Origin: Novakomyces olei
Taxonomy: Eukaryota
Direction of reading: 5' to 3'
NCBI GenBank assembly: GCA_016906335.1
Contig: JADEYG010000002.1
Location: forward strand, 1,612,001 to 1,676,000
Length of the DNA stretch: 64,000 bases
Below the pieces are notes generated by a model. It worked only from the letters and a program-made list of their open reading frames with translations, was not told where the DNA came from and made no database searches. The translations under genes and the position numbers were made by a program. Each line of letters opens with the position of its first letter. Position 1 is the first letter of the stretch. Below, piece by piece: positions 26,228-38,951 of the stretch.

Positions 26228-28623
26228 ATGCCTGAAATTGATTTGATTTCACAAGGCCAGGCCTATGGCCTCCTTATTGGCCTTTCTGTGCTTTTCTGCG
26301 TGGCTATACTGATCGCTATTAAGGCGCAACGTGCCTACTTATCAGAGGACTCTGGTACATCAGAGATGTTCATGGTGGCAAACCGGTCTGTCGGGTTAGG
26401 TCTCACTGCTTCTGCAGTGTTTAGCAGTTGGATGTATAACAAAATTAAAATTTCTCTTGCTAATCTTTAAAAGGTGGATTAATGAGACAGTACTTGCATC
26501 GGCAATGTGCTATCGCTATGGTCTAGCAGTTCCTTTGGTACGATTAAAGATTGCTAATCAATATGTTTTATTTATAATTAATCCTTGCTTGGCACTAACC
26601 TTTCCAGTGGTGGGGTTCCGGTCTGTGTTTTCAAATCGCTTTAATGGCCGCCCTTGGAGTCCAGGCAAAAATACGTGTTCCTTATGCGCATACGTCACTT
26701 GAGATTATCCGAATGCGCTATGGATGGATTGGACACTCAGTTTTTATTTTGCTCAATATCACAAATAATGTGTTTGGCTGCGCTTCAATGATTCTTACAG
26801 GCTCTCAATTAATTCACGGTGTATCTGGGATGAACTTTGTCGCCGCCACTATTCTTATTCCTCTCGGAGGTGAGCATAAGCTTTTACGTTCAATTATCAC
26901 TAATTTCAGTCGTGTTATATACCGCTGTAGGAGGGCTGAAAGCTACGTTCCTTACGGACTTTTTGCACACAACTGTTGCTCTTATTTTGATTATATATTT
27001 CACAATCAAAGTTTTGACACACTCTGCCGTGGGAGGACTCGGAGGTCTTTATGACAAAGTAGCTGCTACCGCCAGCGAAAATATTATTCCCGGGAACTTT
27101 CAAGGTTCGCTTTTGACCATGAAATCAAAAGACGCAATCATTTGGGGACTCATCTTGAAATTTGGTAACTTGGCGCTTGTAGTCATGGTATGCTATTGAT
27201 TTGTTTTTTGAATTTTTGTTTTGCTTTCTATTGTCCTAATCAAGTAATTATATATTTGCTACTGATTACTATACGTGTTCTCTGGTGATAGCCATTTTAT
27301 TTATCACTATTTTTTCTTGATAGTAAGGTCTAACGACAGGACACTGCCTTTTGGCAAAAATCATTTGCCAGCGAAGTAGATGGCACAGTGCCGGCGTATG
27401 ATTTGGCAGCGGTTGCTGTATTTGGCATCCCCTGGGGACTAGGCACGGTTATCGGGCTGACAGCTAGGGCCCTGCATAATACACCAATCTTCCCCACATA
27501 TCCCGCGGCAATAACGGCTAAACAAATCAGTGAGGGAATGATCATGCCATATGTCGTAAAGGCGCTTATTGGAACAACAGGGATTTGCGCATTTTTCGTT
27601 TTGATGTTTATGGCTTTGACGAGCACAATATCCTCTTCAATGATTGCTGTTAGCAGCATTTTGTCGTACGATCTCTATAAAACGTATATAAATCCAAAGG
27701 CAACGGACAAAATTCTTGTACACGTGAGCCATATAACGGTTGTTTTTCATGCAATTTTTATCACTGGGATCTCAATCGCAATGAATTATGGCGGAGCTAA
27801 TATGACGTGGATCGGGTATTTTCGCCCTATTCTATCTTGTCCCGGAATCATCCCACTCGGCCTTACACTATTTTGGTCTGGACAAACCCGACTGGCAGCA
27901 ATTTCGTCGCCCATTTTAGGGTTCTTCACTGGTCTCGGGATATGGTTGGGTACCGCTAAAGCTTTATATGGCACTATAAACATGACAACTACAGGCGCCG
28001 GTCTGCCTGCGTTATATGGAGCAATTGGCTCCTTTTTCTCTCCAGCAATTTATTCTGTAGTAATATCCCTCTACAACCCTTACCAGTTTGACTGGCGGGA
28101 ATTTTTGCGTATTGAGCTTGCCGAGGAAGCCAAAATTGAGGAATCTGTTCAAGTAAATTCACAGAAAAATAGCAATAACGAGGATCAAATTGAATCTGCA
28201 GCAAGAGCCGAACATGTTGTCGAGGAAGATTATAAGGATCAATCTCAACAAGAAAAGCCAATTCCTATTTCAGAGTTATCAATTTCCGATCGCTCAAGCC
28301 TTGATAATATCCAGCATCCGTTCAACTTGGTAACACTTAAAAAGCTGCACCGCTGGTCAGTGATTGCCTGGATTATTTTTGCCATTCTTGTTCTTATAAC
28401 CTTCATCCTCTGGCCCATGCCATTGTATCGGAATTATATTTTCACAAAGTCTTTCTTCTCTGGCTGGGTTACGGTTGCTATTATATGGCAATTTTTTGCC
28501 TTTTTCGCGGTTGTGATTTACCCTCTCTATGACGGAGCTTCGGAGATTGAAAAGGGGGCTAGAGGAACGTTCAATTCAACCGTGAATTTTTTCAAGAGAA
28601 ACAAATCCGCAAATAAATATTAG
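26228..28623 (+). CDS. Urea/polyamine active transporter (SSS family, Dur3-like), multi-exon
   Basis: SEMFMVANRSVGLGLTASAVFSSWMW, PYAHTSLEI, YTAVGGLKATFLTDFLHT, DTAFWQKSFA and the C-terminal LWPMPLY..YIF.K.FF.GW. Confidence 0.93.
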
Positions 28624-29064
28624 ACGGTCTTAATAGAGATGGAGGATTGAAAATGCTGTACAATATTTAGTCTAGTCAAAAATATATCGAGGCATTTAAG
28701 TCCTCTTGTTTTAGTCAATCAGGAAATATTTCTGTCATTTTTCTTTAAGTCAACCTTGAAATCTCACCAAATGTTGAACAACTCTCAAATAATGCATTTT
28801 TCATTGCCTGCTATAGCAATTCTAGATCTCTCAAATCTTTTCTAATAATATTTATTCATTGAAGTCTGCTGTAACTGCCTGATCGATGTGAAAATAAACA
28901 AATGATTAAATGAACAAAAAACGATTAGAACGCATAAACATGTCTAAACTATCAATCTGTTTTATACTCCTAGACTGCAAATTATGTATATTTGTCCCAT
29001 CGCTATTCACATGAACTTAACCCTAAACGCAGGCTTAGGGAAGTTCCGTCCATCCGACCACCGG

Positions 29065-30962
<1,898 letters not shown>

Positions 30963-32065
30963 TTAAGTAATATTACTTGATGCCGTGATTATGGCCATCA
31001 TTTACGCTATTAATTAAATGGTAAAGATGGATGAAGAATGACACAGATTCGCGTGGCCTTTAAAAGCGGCCATTAGAAGCAAACAATGACTGTCAGAGAC
31101 GATGGGATGTCACGAAAAAAATGAGAGTAGCAGATATTGCTTGCTGGCAAGGCTTCGTTGAAGAGGCGGAGAGTACAATAGAAAATCTACAGCGACTAGG
31201 CGGGTCACCAGTAACGGTGAGAGCGAATCAGTTTTACCGTGAGGCGCCTTTAAACAGACAGCTCCTTTTAAAGTAGACTTGGACAAAATGAATATAGCTA
31301 TTGATCAGTAAAGAACAGCCTGAATAATTTGAGCTTGTAAACACATCATTTTTCAAACATTTTCTCAAAAGACGTTTCTCCAGTCGACTTTAGGTCTGTC
31401 CGACTGTCCAACGAGTTTCAGAGATTGAACCGAATCGCTACTTGATCGAGTTTATTTTCCGCAGCATGTATATTAAAAAATAAAAAAAAGTAAATTTACT
31501 AGACAGGAATAGTGGCGGATCTCTGCCTCGGATTTTGTTTTTTTTTGAATTGCATTCGGAAAAGCAGTCTAGGACGGATTCAATTAGATATTGTACGGCA
31601 AATAGAAATTTTTATTCGAATAACAACTGATTTCGGTCTTTAACTAGACCTGACCAAAATTCGTGATTTATTGCGAGACCGTACCAAGGTCCGTAATGCA
31701 ACCTTTTGAAAGTTACTGATGTCGAACGAATGTCTGGGACGATCTGCTCTGGTCAAAATGGCTCACCTTGACCTGAAAACCTCATTATATGCGAATGAAG
31801 CTGCCTCGCTATGGAGTCCCCTCATCATTGACGGAAAGCAGCGCAAGCAAGACGTATCGCGGCCTGTAAAGTTCTAACCTGAAAATATTTTGCGTCTCTG
31901 CGTTCTGCCTTTACCGAATCATAAAGGCAGTGGAGGCTAAAATGACTAAAACTGCCACACTTGAACATGCAGGTAGAACTATTACCAGGCTCCTTGTCAA
32001 GAAACTCTATTAAATTCTCTTGGCATAGCAAACGGCATTATCCGAGACTTCTTGAAGCATCTCGT

Positions 32066-32839
32066 TCATTGTAAATTCAGCATGTACTCATGGTACCAAA
32101 TCTTCATGGCCGAGAGAGCAGCGGCAACTTCAAACGCTTCACCAAAAATGCCTGCAAGGGCACTCCCTTGAAATTCAAATTTGAAAACTTTAGACAGGCT
32201 TCTGCTCATATTCCAAGCCCATATAGCAACAACCTCGCCATGACTGTTTTCCGGAGCGCCAACAGGGCCAAGCCGGACCAGGCAGCCTCCAGAACCGCAC
32301 GAGCCCCCTGAAAGCTGCTTAATATTACCCCTTCGACTTGGCCGCCACTCGAATCGCTCTAGACCAAACTCTTTCCCGTTACCGACTTGTACGGTAAAAA
32401 TATAGGTTGGCCTTTTCATAAATCCGCTGCCCTTACACAGCAGATCTACCTGTGTTGTCTCCGCAGTATTCCCTGTAATCGAAGGCAGTATCAAAACGTA
32501 ATTGTCTTTAAAGCTCAGTCTGCTCTTGGGACGAATCCCACCGAGCATCGGGGCATTGCCATCCATCCCATCCAGGAGAACCACTTCAGGCGTTTTTGTC
32601 AGGCCAGTGTTGAACCGTACACCGTGCGAGGGCGCATCGGCCGCTGGACCGATAAAAGAATGAATCAAGTGCATATAAAGATTAAATGCCGGCGGCAACT
32701 TTTGCAGTTGCGACGACCCGAAACCGACGCTGCCGCCGGTAGTCGCTCCGGCAGAAGAGACGGGTATACTGTACGATGGGCCCGGCACATACTGCTCCGT
32801 GACGGGTAGAGCTGTGTACGGTGGGGGTTGGTCGGTCAT
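32066..32839 (-). CDS. Fungal hypothetical protein with an N-terminal PPPY motif
   Basis: Intronless 257-aa ORF with an upstream TATA-like TATATATA. It contains a FEWRxS segment of a kind I associate with uncharacterised filamentous-fungal proteins. Confidence 0.7.
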   Translation of the reverse strand: MTDQPPPYTALPVTEQYVPGPSYSIPVSSAGATTGGSVGFGSSQLQKLPPAFNLYMHLIHSFIGPAADAPSHGVRFNTGLTKTPEVVLLDGMDGNAPMLGGIRPKSRLSFKDNYVLILPSITGNTAETTQVDLLCKGSGFMKRPTYIFTVQVGNGKEFGLERFEWRPSRRGNIKQLSGGSCGSGGCLVRLGPVGAPENSHGEVVAIWAWNMSRSLSKVFKFEFQGSALAGIFGEAFEVAAALSAMKIWYHEYMLNLQ

Positions 32840-32909
32840 GTGTACGGATCGCTCAGCCTGCGCTCTACTTTTTTCCCAGCGAATTGGCCGTATATATAGA
32901 TCGGCCTGT

Positions 32910-32966
32910 AAGCACTTTTGAGTAAAGCACTTTGGTCAAGGCACTTTAATCAAAGCACATTGATCA
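32910..32966. repeat. Four tandem ~14-bp units (AAGCACTTTGRTCA-like)
   Basis: aagcacttttgagta / aagcactttggtca / aggcactttaatca / aagcacattgatca. Confidence 0.8.
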
Positions 32967-33880
32967 CGAATTATATCTGCGTTTATATATATAATGCTAG
33001 CGACGTGTTTGCGGGGAAGATATACGACTTTTTGCCCGATATCGTTAAATTCATGTCATTTACTACAAAGAAATTACATAAAAATTAAACAATACATATA
33101 GATAAGAATGAAAAAAAGAAGGGGCGTTTCGTGTCGTTTGTTTGATAAGAAATAGCGAAAAGTTTAATTATAACGAAAAAGGTGACGCAGACGATGAATA
33201 TTTTAGCAAGAGCGCTCGAGCGGTTTATAAGCTATAGCCCATAAGATTTGAGGCCTGTACAAGTGTACACAGTTTTCCGTGAAATAAAATCTACAAAGGG
33301 CACCGGAAAGGATTGAGGCAGATAGACAGTACATAGTCATAATGAGTTTGGTAATTCCGCATTTTAATTATACAATTCTTCGTACTTTATGAAATGCTTT
33401 ACTTTTAATTGGACTAATAATATTTGCAAGAATGACAGATTCACGGTAAATCGTAAGTATTATGCGGATATCCGACTAATTTAGGTTTAGGGTTTAGCGC
33501 GGCTATGCTACGTAATGGTTCTTGTATGAATACGAGTGGCAGCTGTTTCTGAGTCTAACTGAATAAGAATATATTCTTTGCTCGTAAACGATCTTAATTA
33601 TGTGCAAAGTTGGGCATTTTATATTCAAGCCTACCATTGCAAGGATCCCACTATCACAGCCCAGCCTTTTTCAAATAAATGGTAGCCCGCGCTTTAGCGC
33701 TTACTGCGAAGATAATTATAAATGAAAGACTTAAATAATTGTGGAAGCCAGTTGAAATTTGAAAATATCGGTTTTTTTTCAACTACAATGATTGTTATCG
33801 ACACAAATCTTTTGAGTCTATATACGAATGTGACTCACAAGAAAATCACAAGATAAGTATAGTAAAGGCGGGAGACAAAA

Positions 33881-34942
33881 TTACAGCTCGATACCAAATA
33901 CTTTGGCAGCGTTTCCTGCCAAAATGCTGGGAAAACCCACCTTTGCGATCGCATCCGTGTTCCAGCTGACACTCTCCCAGATTGCGTCTCTATTGCCATC
34001 AAGCGGCGGAAAAAAAGGGCAATCTGTCCCAAACATTACTCTATCTGCACCCACAAAGTTTACAGTCTCAGCTAAAGACTCGGGCGAATAGATTACGGCG
34101 TCGTAATAGAACCGTTTCAAATATTCCGACGGTTTATGCTTGAGTCGATTGCGAATAGAATAATCGTGCAACATGCACGAGTCAAGGCGCCCAGCAAGAA
34201 ACGGTAAAGCTCCACCCGAATGAGCAATAAGAAATTTGAGCTCAGGAAACTCGTCAAATACCCCACACAGAATTAGCCGCATAACGGCAATTGTGGTCTC
34301 AAAAGGAAACCCAAGGGCAAGAGGCATAACGTGCCCATTGGGCAGGGCTCCAAACGGCTCTTTCCCACTAATTCCATAGTGCGGATGAAGAAACCCAACC
34401 ATTCCGTACTCGGCCAGCTTTGACCAAACAGGCTTTAACGTGGGATCGTCCAGTCCAGCTCCTCTCCCACGAGAGCCCAAGATGTACCCTTTTAGTTCTG
34501 GCAGTGATTTTATATGTTCGATTTCCAAAAGCACGTCCTGTGTTCGACAGTGGAGTGGCAAAACACCAAACCCGGAAAGTTTTCCCGGATTTTCTCGGCA
34601 AATCTGAGCCAGATCTTGGTTCAATTGCCGTGCCAGATTTGCCGCCTCCTCAGGCTCCAGCCAATCAAGCCAAGGATTAGCCAAACTTAGTACACTGTGG
34701 TCAATCCCATGACGCTCCATCCACTGCAATCGCCAGCCTATGTCATAGTACTCCTCTCCCATCGGCCGACCTTTTGCCGTAGACTCGGCCCGGTCTTCGT
34801 TGGGCAAAATTATCAAACGGAACTTCCCTTTATCATCCTGTTCTATACGTGGAACGTCTTTGCGCTGCCTCATATACTCGACCAAGCGTGGGAGATACAC
34901 GTGTGTATGCACATCAATAAGTTTGTGACCGCCTACCGCCAT
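33881..34942 (-). CDS. Uracil-5-carboxylate (iso-orotate) decarboxylase, amidohydrolase_2 family
   Basis: DVHTHVY, GRP, SLANPWLD, G.GLDDP.L, FLHPHYG, GHVMPLALGFPFETTIAV, AHSGGALPFLAGRL.SC..HD, DAVIYS and MFGTDCPFFPP all match the motif set of fungal IDCases. Confidence 0.85.
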   Translation of the reverse strand: MAVGGHKLIDVHTHVYLPRLVEYMRQRKDVPRIEQDDKGKFRLIILPNEDRAESTAKGRPMGEEYYDIGWRLQWMERHGIDHSVLSLANPWLDWLEPEEAANLARQLNQDLAQICRENPGKLSGFGVLPLHCRTQDVLLEIEHIKSLPELKGYILGSRGRGAGLDDPTLKPVWSKLAEYGMVGFLHPHYGISGKEPFGALPNGHVMPLALGFPFETTIAVMRLILCGVFDEFPELKFLIAHSGGALPFLAGRLDSCMLHDYSIRNRLKHKPSEYLKRFYYDAVIYSPESLAETVNFVGADRVMFGTDCPFFPPLDGNRDAIWESVSWNTDAIAKVGFPSILAGNAAKVFGIEL

Positions 34943-35034
34943 GGCTGGCCAGCTTTCTAGTTCTAAGCATTGCCAGCACTGCTATTTACTGTCTTTTAAA
35001 CACAGCTTATCAGCACTTCGGAGCTTTCCATACA

Positions 35035-35046
35035 GGTCACGTGACC
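35035..35046. promoter_or_regulatory. Perfect palindrome GGTCACGTGACC (extended E-box, Cbf1/USF-type bHLH site) in a divergent promoter
   Basis: 12-bp palindrome between the starts of the decarboxylase (34942) and the TF (35214). Confidence 0.5.
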
Positions 35047-35213
35047 GGAGCCTAGGCCAAAGTTCAAGTAACATGTATTATCCCCCACGCAGTGCCAAGT
35101 TTAGTAATGTTGCATGCAAATCTACTTGTGATTATCTGCTTCTATCAGCGCCCTGGACTAAGGTTTGTCGTGAATATCGACGCAGGCGCTGAAGCGAGAT
35201 CGAGTGCTTTTGT

Positions 35214-37198
35214 ATGGCGTCCAACGGCCTACAGACGGACAATAGAGGCCCAAAGAAAATTACGCGGATCCGGTTTGGTAAGACTGATGAAAAAATAATT
35301 AGACTAGAGTCCAACTCTATGGCAATTGCCAATTACCATGCTGATCAGCAATTAAGCTTGCGATAACTGCCGACGACGAAAAATCCGATGCGACGGGACG
35401 AAACCATGCACAAACTGCTTCAAGTACGATCGAGGTAGAGTTGATGTTATCTCACTTTTTTTGTTCTTTAATTCTTTTTTTTTTGTTACAAAAGTTGACC
35501 TAATTAGAGTGCGTTTATTCGACACTTTTACAATTGAACGACCTGGGCGGCGATAGCCGGTTGTCGGTAGCCCTCAAGTATATTGAGGCCAGTCTAAACA
35601 GCTCAAAGTATAGTTCATTATACAGGAATACTAGTGCTTGCTCAGATTTACGGTTCGTTTGCTCATTGCATCAGTACGCCGACGAATTTGTCCACAAGCA
35701 AATTTATCCGGAAAAGGCGGAGTTTTCTATTGATGATAATGCCTTTCTCCCTCCGCGAAGCGTTGCCTCTCATTTGATTGATCTTATATACGAGCAAAAT
35801 AGTGTATATATGCAATTTTTCCATAAACCGAGTCTGATGTCCGCGTTAGACGCTGTGTATGGGCATATTGATCAAACACTTAGTGTTGCTTCTCTGCTGG
35901 GACACGCACAACTCGCTGTCATTTTACCCGTATATCTCCTTTTCTTCTCAATCGGCAGTCAGTATGCAAAAGAATTATACCAAGGATCAGAGAGGCAAAC
36001 GTACGCGTGCGATGAGCAGCAGTATTTGCACTTGGCTCGGCATATTTTATCCGCCCTGGCCAGAGCAGTGTCTTCTCCGTCCGCTATCTGGCTATTACAG
36101 GGTTACACTATGCTTGTATTTTACAACGTCGTATTTTCTGATTATGAGAAAGCCTCTGAAACTATTTCAGTGGCAGTACAGGCTGTTTATAAGATGGGAA
36201 TTCAGCGTCAAGAATCAACAAGCGGCTTGACTTTACTAGAGGCAGAAACGAGCAAAAGAGTTCTATGGTCCCTGTACTTTTTCGACCGCTACGTGCATTC
36301 ATCGCTTGGAGTACCTTTTGCTCTGCAAGATTATGCAATTACCCAGTCTCTGCCATTGAATATGGACGATCAGGATTTCGTTCAATATCAAAGCAACGCA
36401 TCAGCGACAGAGCATCGACCCTCCAGGCAGCTTGCTTTTAACGCTCTCGTAGTGCTCTACCGAATCGTTGGTGAAGTTTGTGAATATTATGCCACACACG
36501 ATCCCTATATGGAACAAAATCTCGAAGAGATGAGCGAAATAGCTGCTAAAGCCGAGTATTTTCAACATCGCTTGAAGCTCTGGCAGTCTCAAGAGCTGCC
36601 TATGCACATAAAGTATCCACTGCACGATCTACGGTACAATCGGCAGGCCTTTATGCTCCATCTTTCTTACTTGTGGGCGCATGTAATGCTGCTACGGCCG
36701 TTTTTTGCAAGGAGTCTACTAGGCAAACAGAGCATGCAATCTATTAACGCACTAGCGCAGTCATGTCTGAGGTATACTGAGCAGCTGATAAAAATAGCCG
36801 ACGAGCTACAATACTATCGCAAGATCCATTGCGGATATTTTATGAGCCTGAACGGCTTAAAGACGGGTTTATGGGTTGCTGTTTTTTCGTTGCAGGAAAG
36901 ATTTGATACTGAGCTGCGGCAAATAGTACAAAGAGGCCTTGAGATTTTAGAGCACATGTCGGCGCACAGTGTACCTGCTCGGCAAGCATTGGAAAGCTTG
37001 TTGTCTTATTTAAAGAGATTGGAAGTCAAGCGAGAACGAAAGGCTGCAGCGGGCAATACATGCACGATAAGTTTGCCGCCTATGCGACGAACACGATCAT
37101 ATTCCGCGTTAGAAGGTGGTACGTCCGTCTCAGAAATTGAAATTGATAGCTGTATACTAAAGCCCTTTCGGTGGGAGTTGAACTTGAACGATAAATGA
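35214..37198 (+). CDS. Zn(II)2Cys6 transcription factor
   Basis: Spliced N-terminus MASNG..RIRF|ACDNCRRRKIRCDGTKPCTNCFKYDR|ECVY (introns ~35278-35357 and ~35435-35507). The middle homology region includes KRVLWSLYFFDR..SLGVP. Confidence 0.92.
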
Positions 37199-37362
37199 AA
37201 TTGATGCAACCTTAATATTGGCTTTTCGATGAATAGATAATTGTATATATCAAAATAAAAGCGTTTACTGATGCACGTATACTATTCTTCCGGAACTAGT
37301 GTAATCTGGTACAGGACGGAAACCTCAATTTTTCAAATTATGATTAAACTATCGGCGGAAAC

Positions 37363-38358
37363 TTATGCAGTGGCTGCAGTCAAAGCTGGAGGCAATGACA
37401 CTTGTTTCTTCTCAGAGCGGTGGCCGAAAGCAAGAAGCGTCCTTTTATCAATGTACTCGCGCGCTGTCTGCTCGGCATACTTTTTCCTGCTTCCCTGGAT
37501 GACAGCACCACTACGTGCCTGGTTAAAGTAGGCCATGCTCATTCGCCGCTTCTGATTTTGTCCCGGTCGGGGTGCTCGTACCCGGTGGAAATTGCTTTTA
37601 AATCGGTCGTCGCTCCACGCCATCATCATGTCGCCGATGTTTACTACAATTCGGCCTGTGGTAGCGGGCACGGGTGTCCATTCGCCGTTTAGCTCAAAGG
37701 AATCATGAGCTTTTCGGCCGGGACAGACTTCGAGTCCCTCTTCGCCGGTGCGCTGAAAGAGCAGTGTAAGCACTCCGTAATCAGCGTGAGTAGCTGCCCG
37801 CCAGTAGTTGGGTGGAAGATCAGATCCCGTAATATCTGGATAGTTTAGTAGACGAAGACGGGACAAGGAATCGCTGTGGCCCAGATCGTGTTCGCGCACC
37901 ATATACTCCGCGTCACCAAACAAGGCCTCTGAAAAGATGCCGATTATCTTCATTGACAGATTGTGTGCCTTGATGTTAAAGTCACGCGTCTGTTCACGAA
38001 ACCCATCGACAGTGGGCCAGGTAGAGTCGCTCGTTTGGAACTGCAGATTAATAGTCTCCTTGTAGTCTGGGAATTCGACATGCGCACGTTTCTCAGACTG
38101 CTTCTCCCAGCCGCGATTAAACTCTCTCGTGTGGCGACACTCGGCTTTTTCTTCGTCCGTCAAGTCGAAAAAGCGTTTAGACATTGCGAACTGTTTCTCT
38201 ATATCCTCCAGCGTCGGAGACTCTTGATCGCAAAGTGTGAAAAATCCCACATTTTCAGCCGCATCGACCACTTGTTTCGCAATCTCTTCGCGTCTGTTTT
38301 CAAAGTCCCGCAGACTGATCAATGGCACGATTGTCTCCTTGTTCTCCATTGCGGCCAA
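37363..38358 (-). CDS. 2OG-Fe(II) dioxygenase (IPNS/DIOX_N family)
   Basis: VPLISL, VGFFTL, NRGW, LRLLNYP, HADYG (HxD), VVNIGD, FHRV and RMS (RxS). Confidence 0.92.
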   Translation of the reverse strand: MAAMENKETIVPLISLRDFENRREEIAKQVVDAAENVGFFTLCDQESPTLEDIEKQFAMSKRFFDLTDEEKAECRHTREFNRGWEKQSEKRAHVEFPDYKETINLQFQTSDSTWPTVDGFREQTRDFNIKAHNLSMKIIGIFSEALFGDAEYMVREHDLGHSDSLSRLRLLNYPDITGSDLPPNYWRAATHADYGVLTLLFQRTGEEGLEVCPGRKAHDSFELNGEWTPVPATTGRIVVNIGDMMMAWSDDRFKSNFHRVRAPRPGQNQKRRMSMAYFNQARSGAVIQGSRKKYAEQTAREYIDKRTLLAFGHRSEKKQVSLPPALTAATA

Positions 38359-38951
38359 TTTGTTTACAGAAGGTAAAGCCAGTTAGTTACTTTGGCCATT
38401 TGTGTTTAGCCCATTGCTTTATAAACTTTCTTATCTTATCGGATTCAGACCGTTACGACAAAAGCAGCAAGCAATAGACGCTAAACGGAGCGGTCCGTGG
38501 TTTTATAGGGCATTCAAGAATTATACTTGAAATTTGTTACAAGTCGGTTTGCACAGGTAAAGGTTCTAGGTCATTGTTATGGATGATTGTACTGACCCTA
38601 AAGTTACTCAACGTAACTTTTTAATAATTTTTTAGTGTCCCTAACGCCAACTGCTGTATTCTATTCGTCACGAAGCGTTGCAGAATGTATAAAGACTTTA
38701 CAATGTTAAATCTGTTACTTTAGTGTATTGTTCGAACCTTGTAGCTCCGACTCCCTACTACTTTATTAGAATAAACCAAACATGTGTACTTGTTACATGA
38801 AATAACCTGTAAACTGTGAAGTGCTATTGTGAAGTGCTACTGTGAAGCCCATATTGAAAGTGGGCAGAAAATGTGACAAAGTACTGGCGATTGCTACATA
38901 TACATACTCGGCACTTGTTACGGGAGACACTCGATATCGGATCGTTGCGCA

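Noticed and set aside
32910-32966. Possible CRISPR-like array
   Set aside because: The units are adjacent with no spacers, and the context is eukaryotic.
33481-33498. TTAGGTTTAGGGTTTAG as an interstitial telomere
   Set aside because: Only two to three imperfect units, too short to call.
38440-38452. CGG-ATTCAGA-CCG (N7) upstream of the 2OG dioxygenase as part of the 47-60 kb regulon
   Set aside because: The spacing matches, but it lacks the leading G and the AWYA spacer consensus, and two other TFs flank it.
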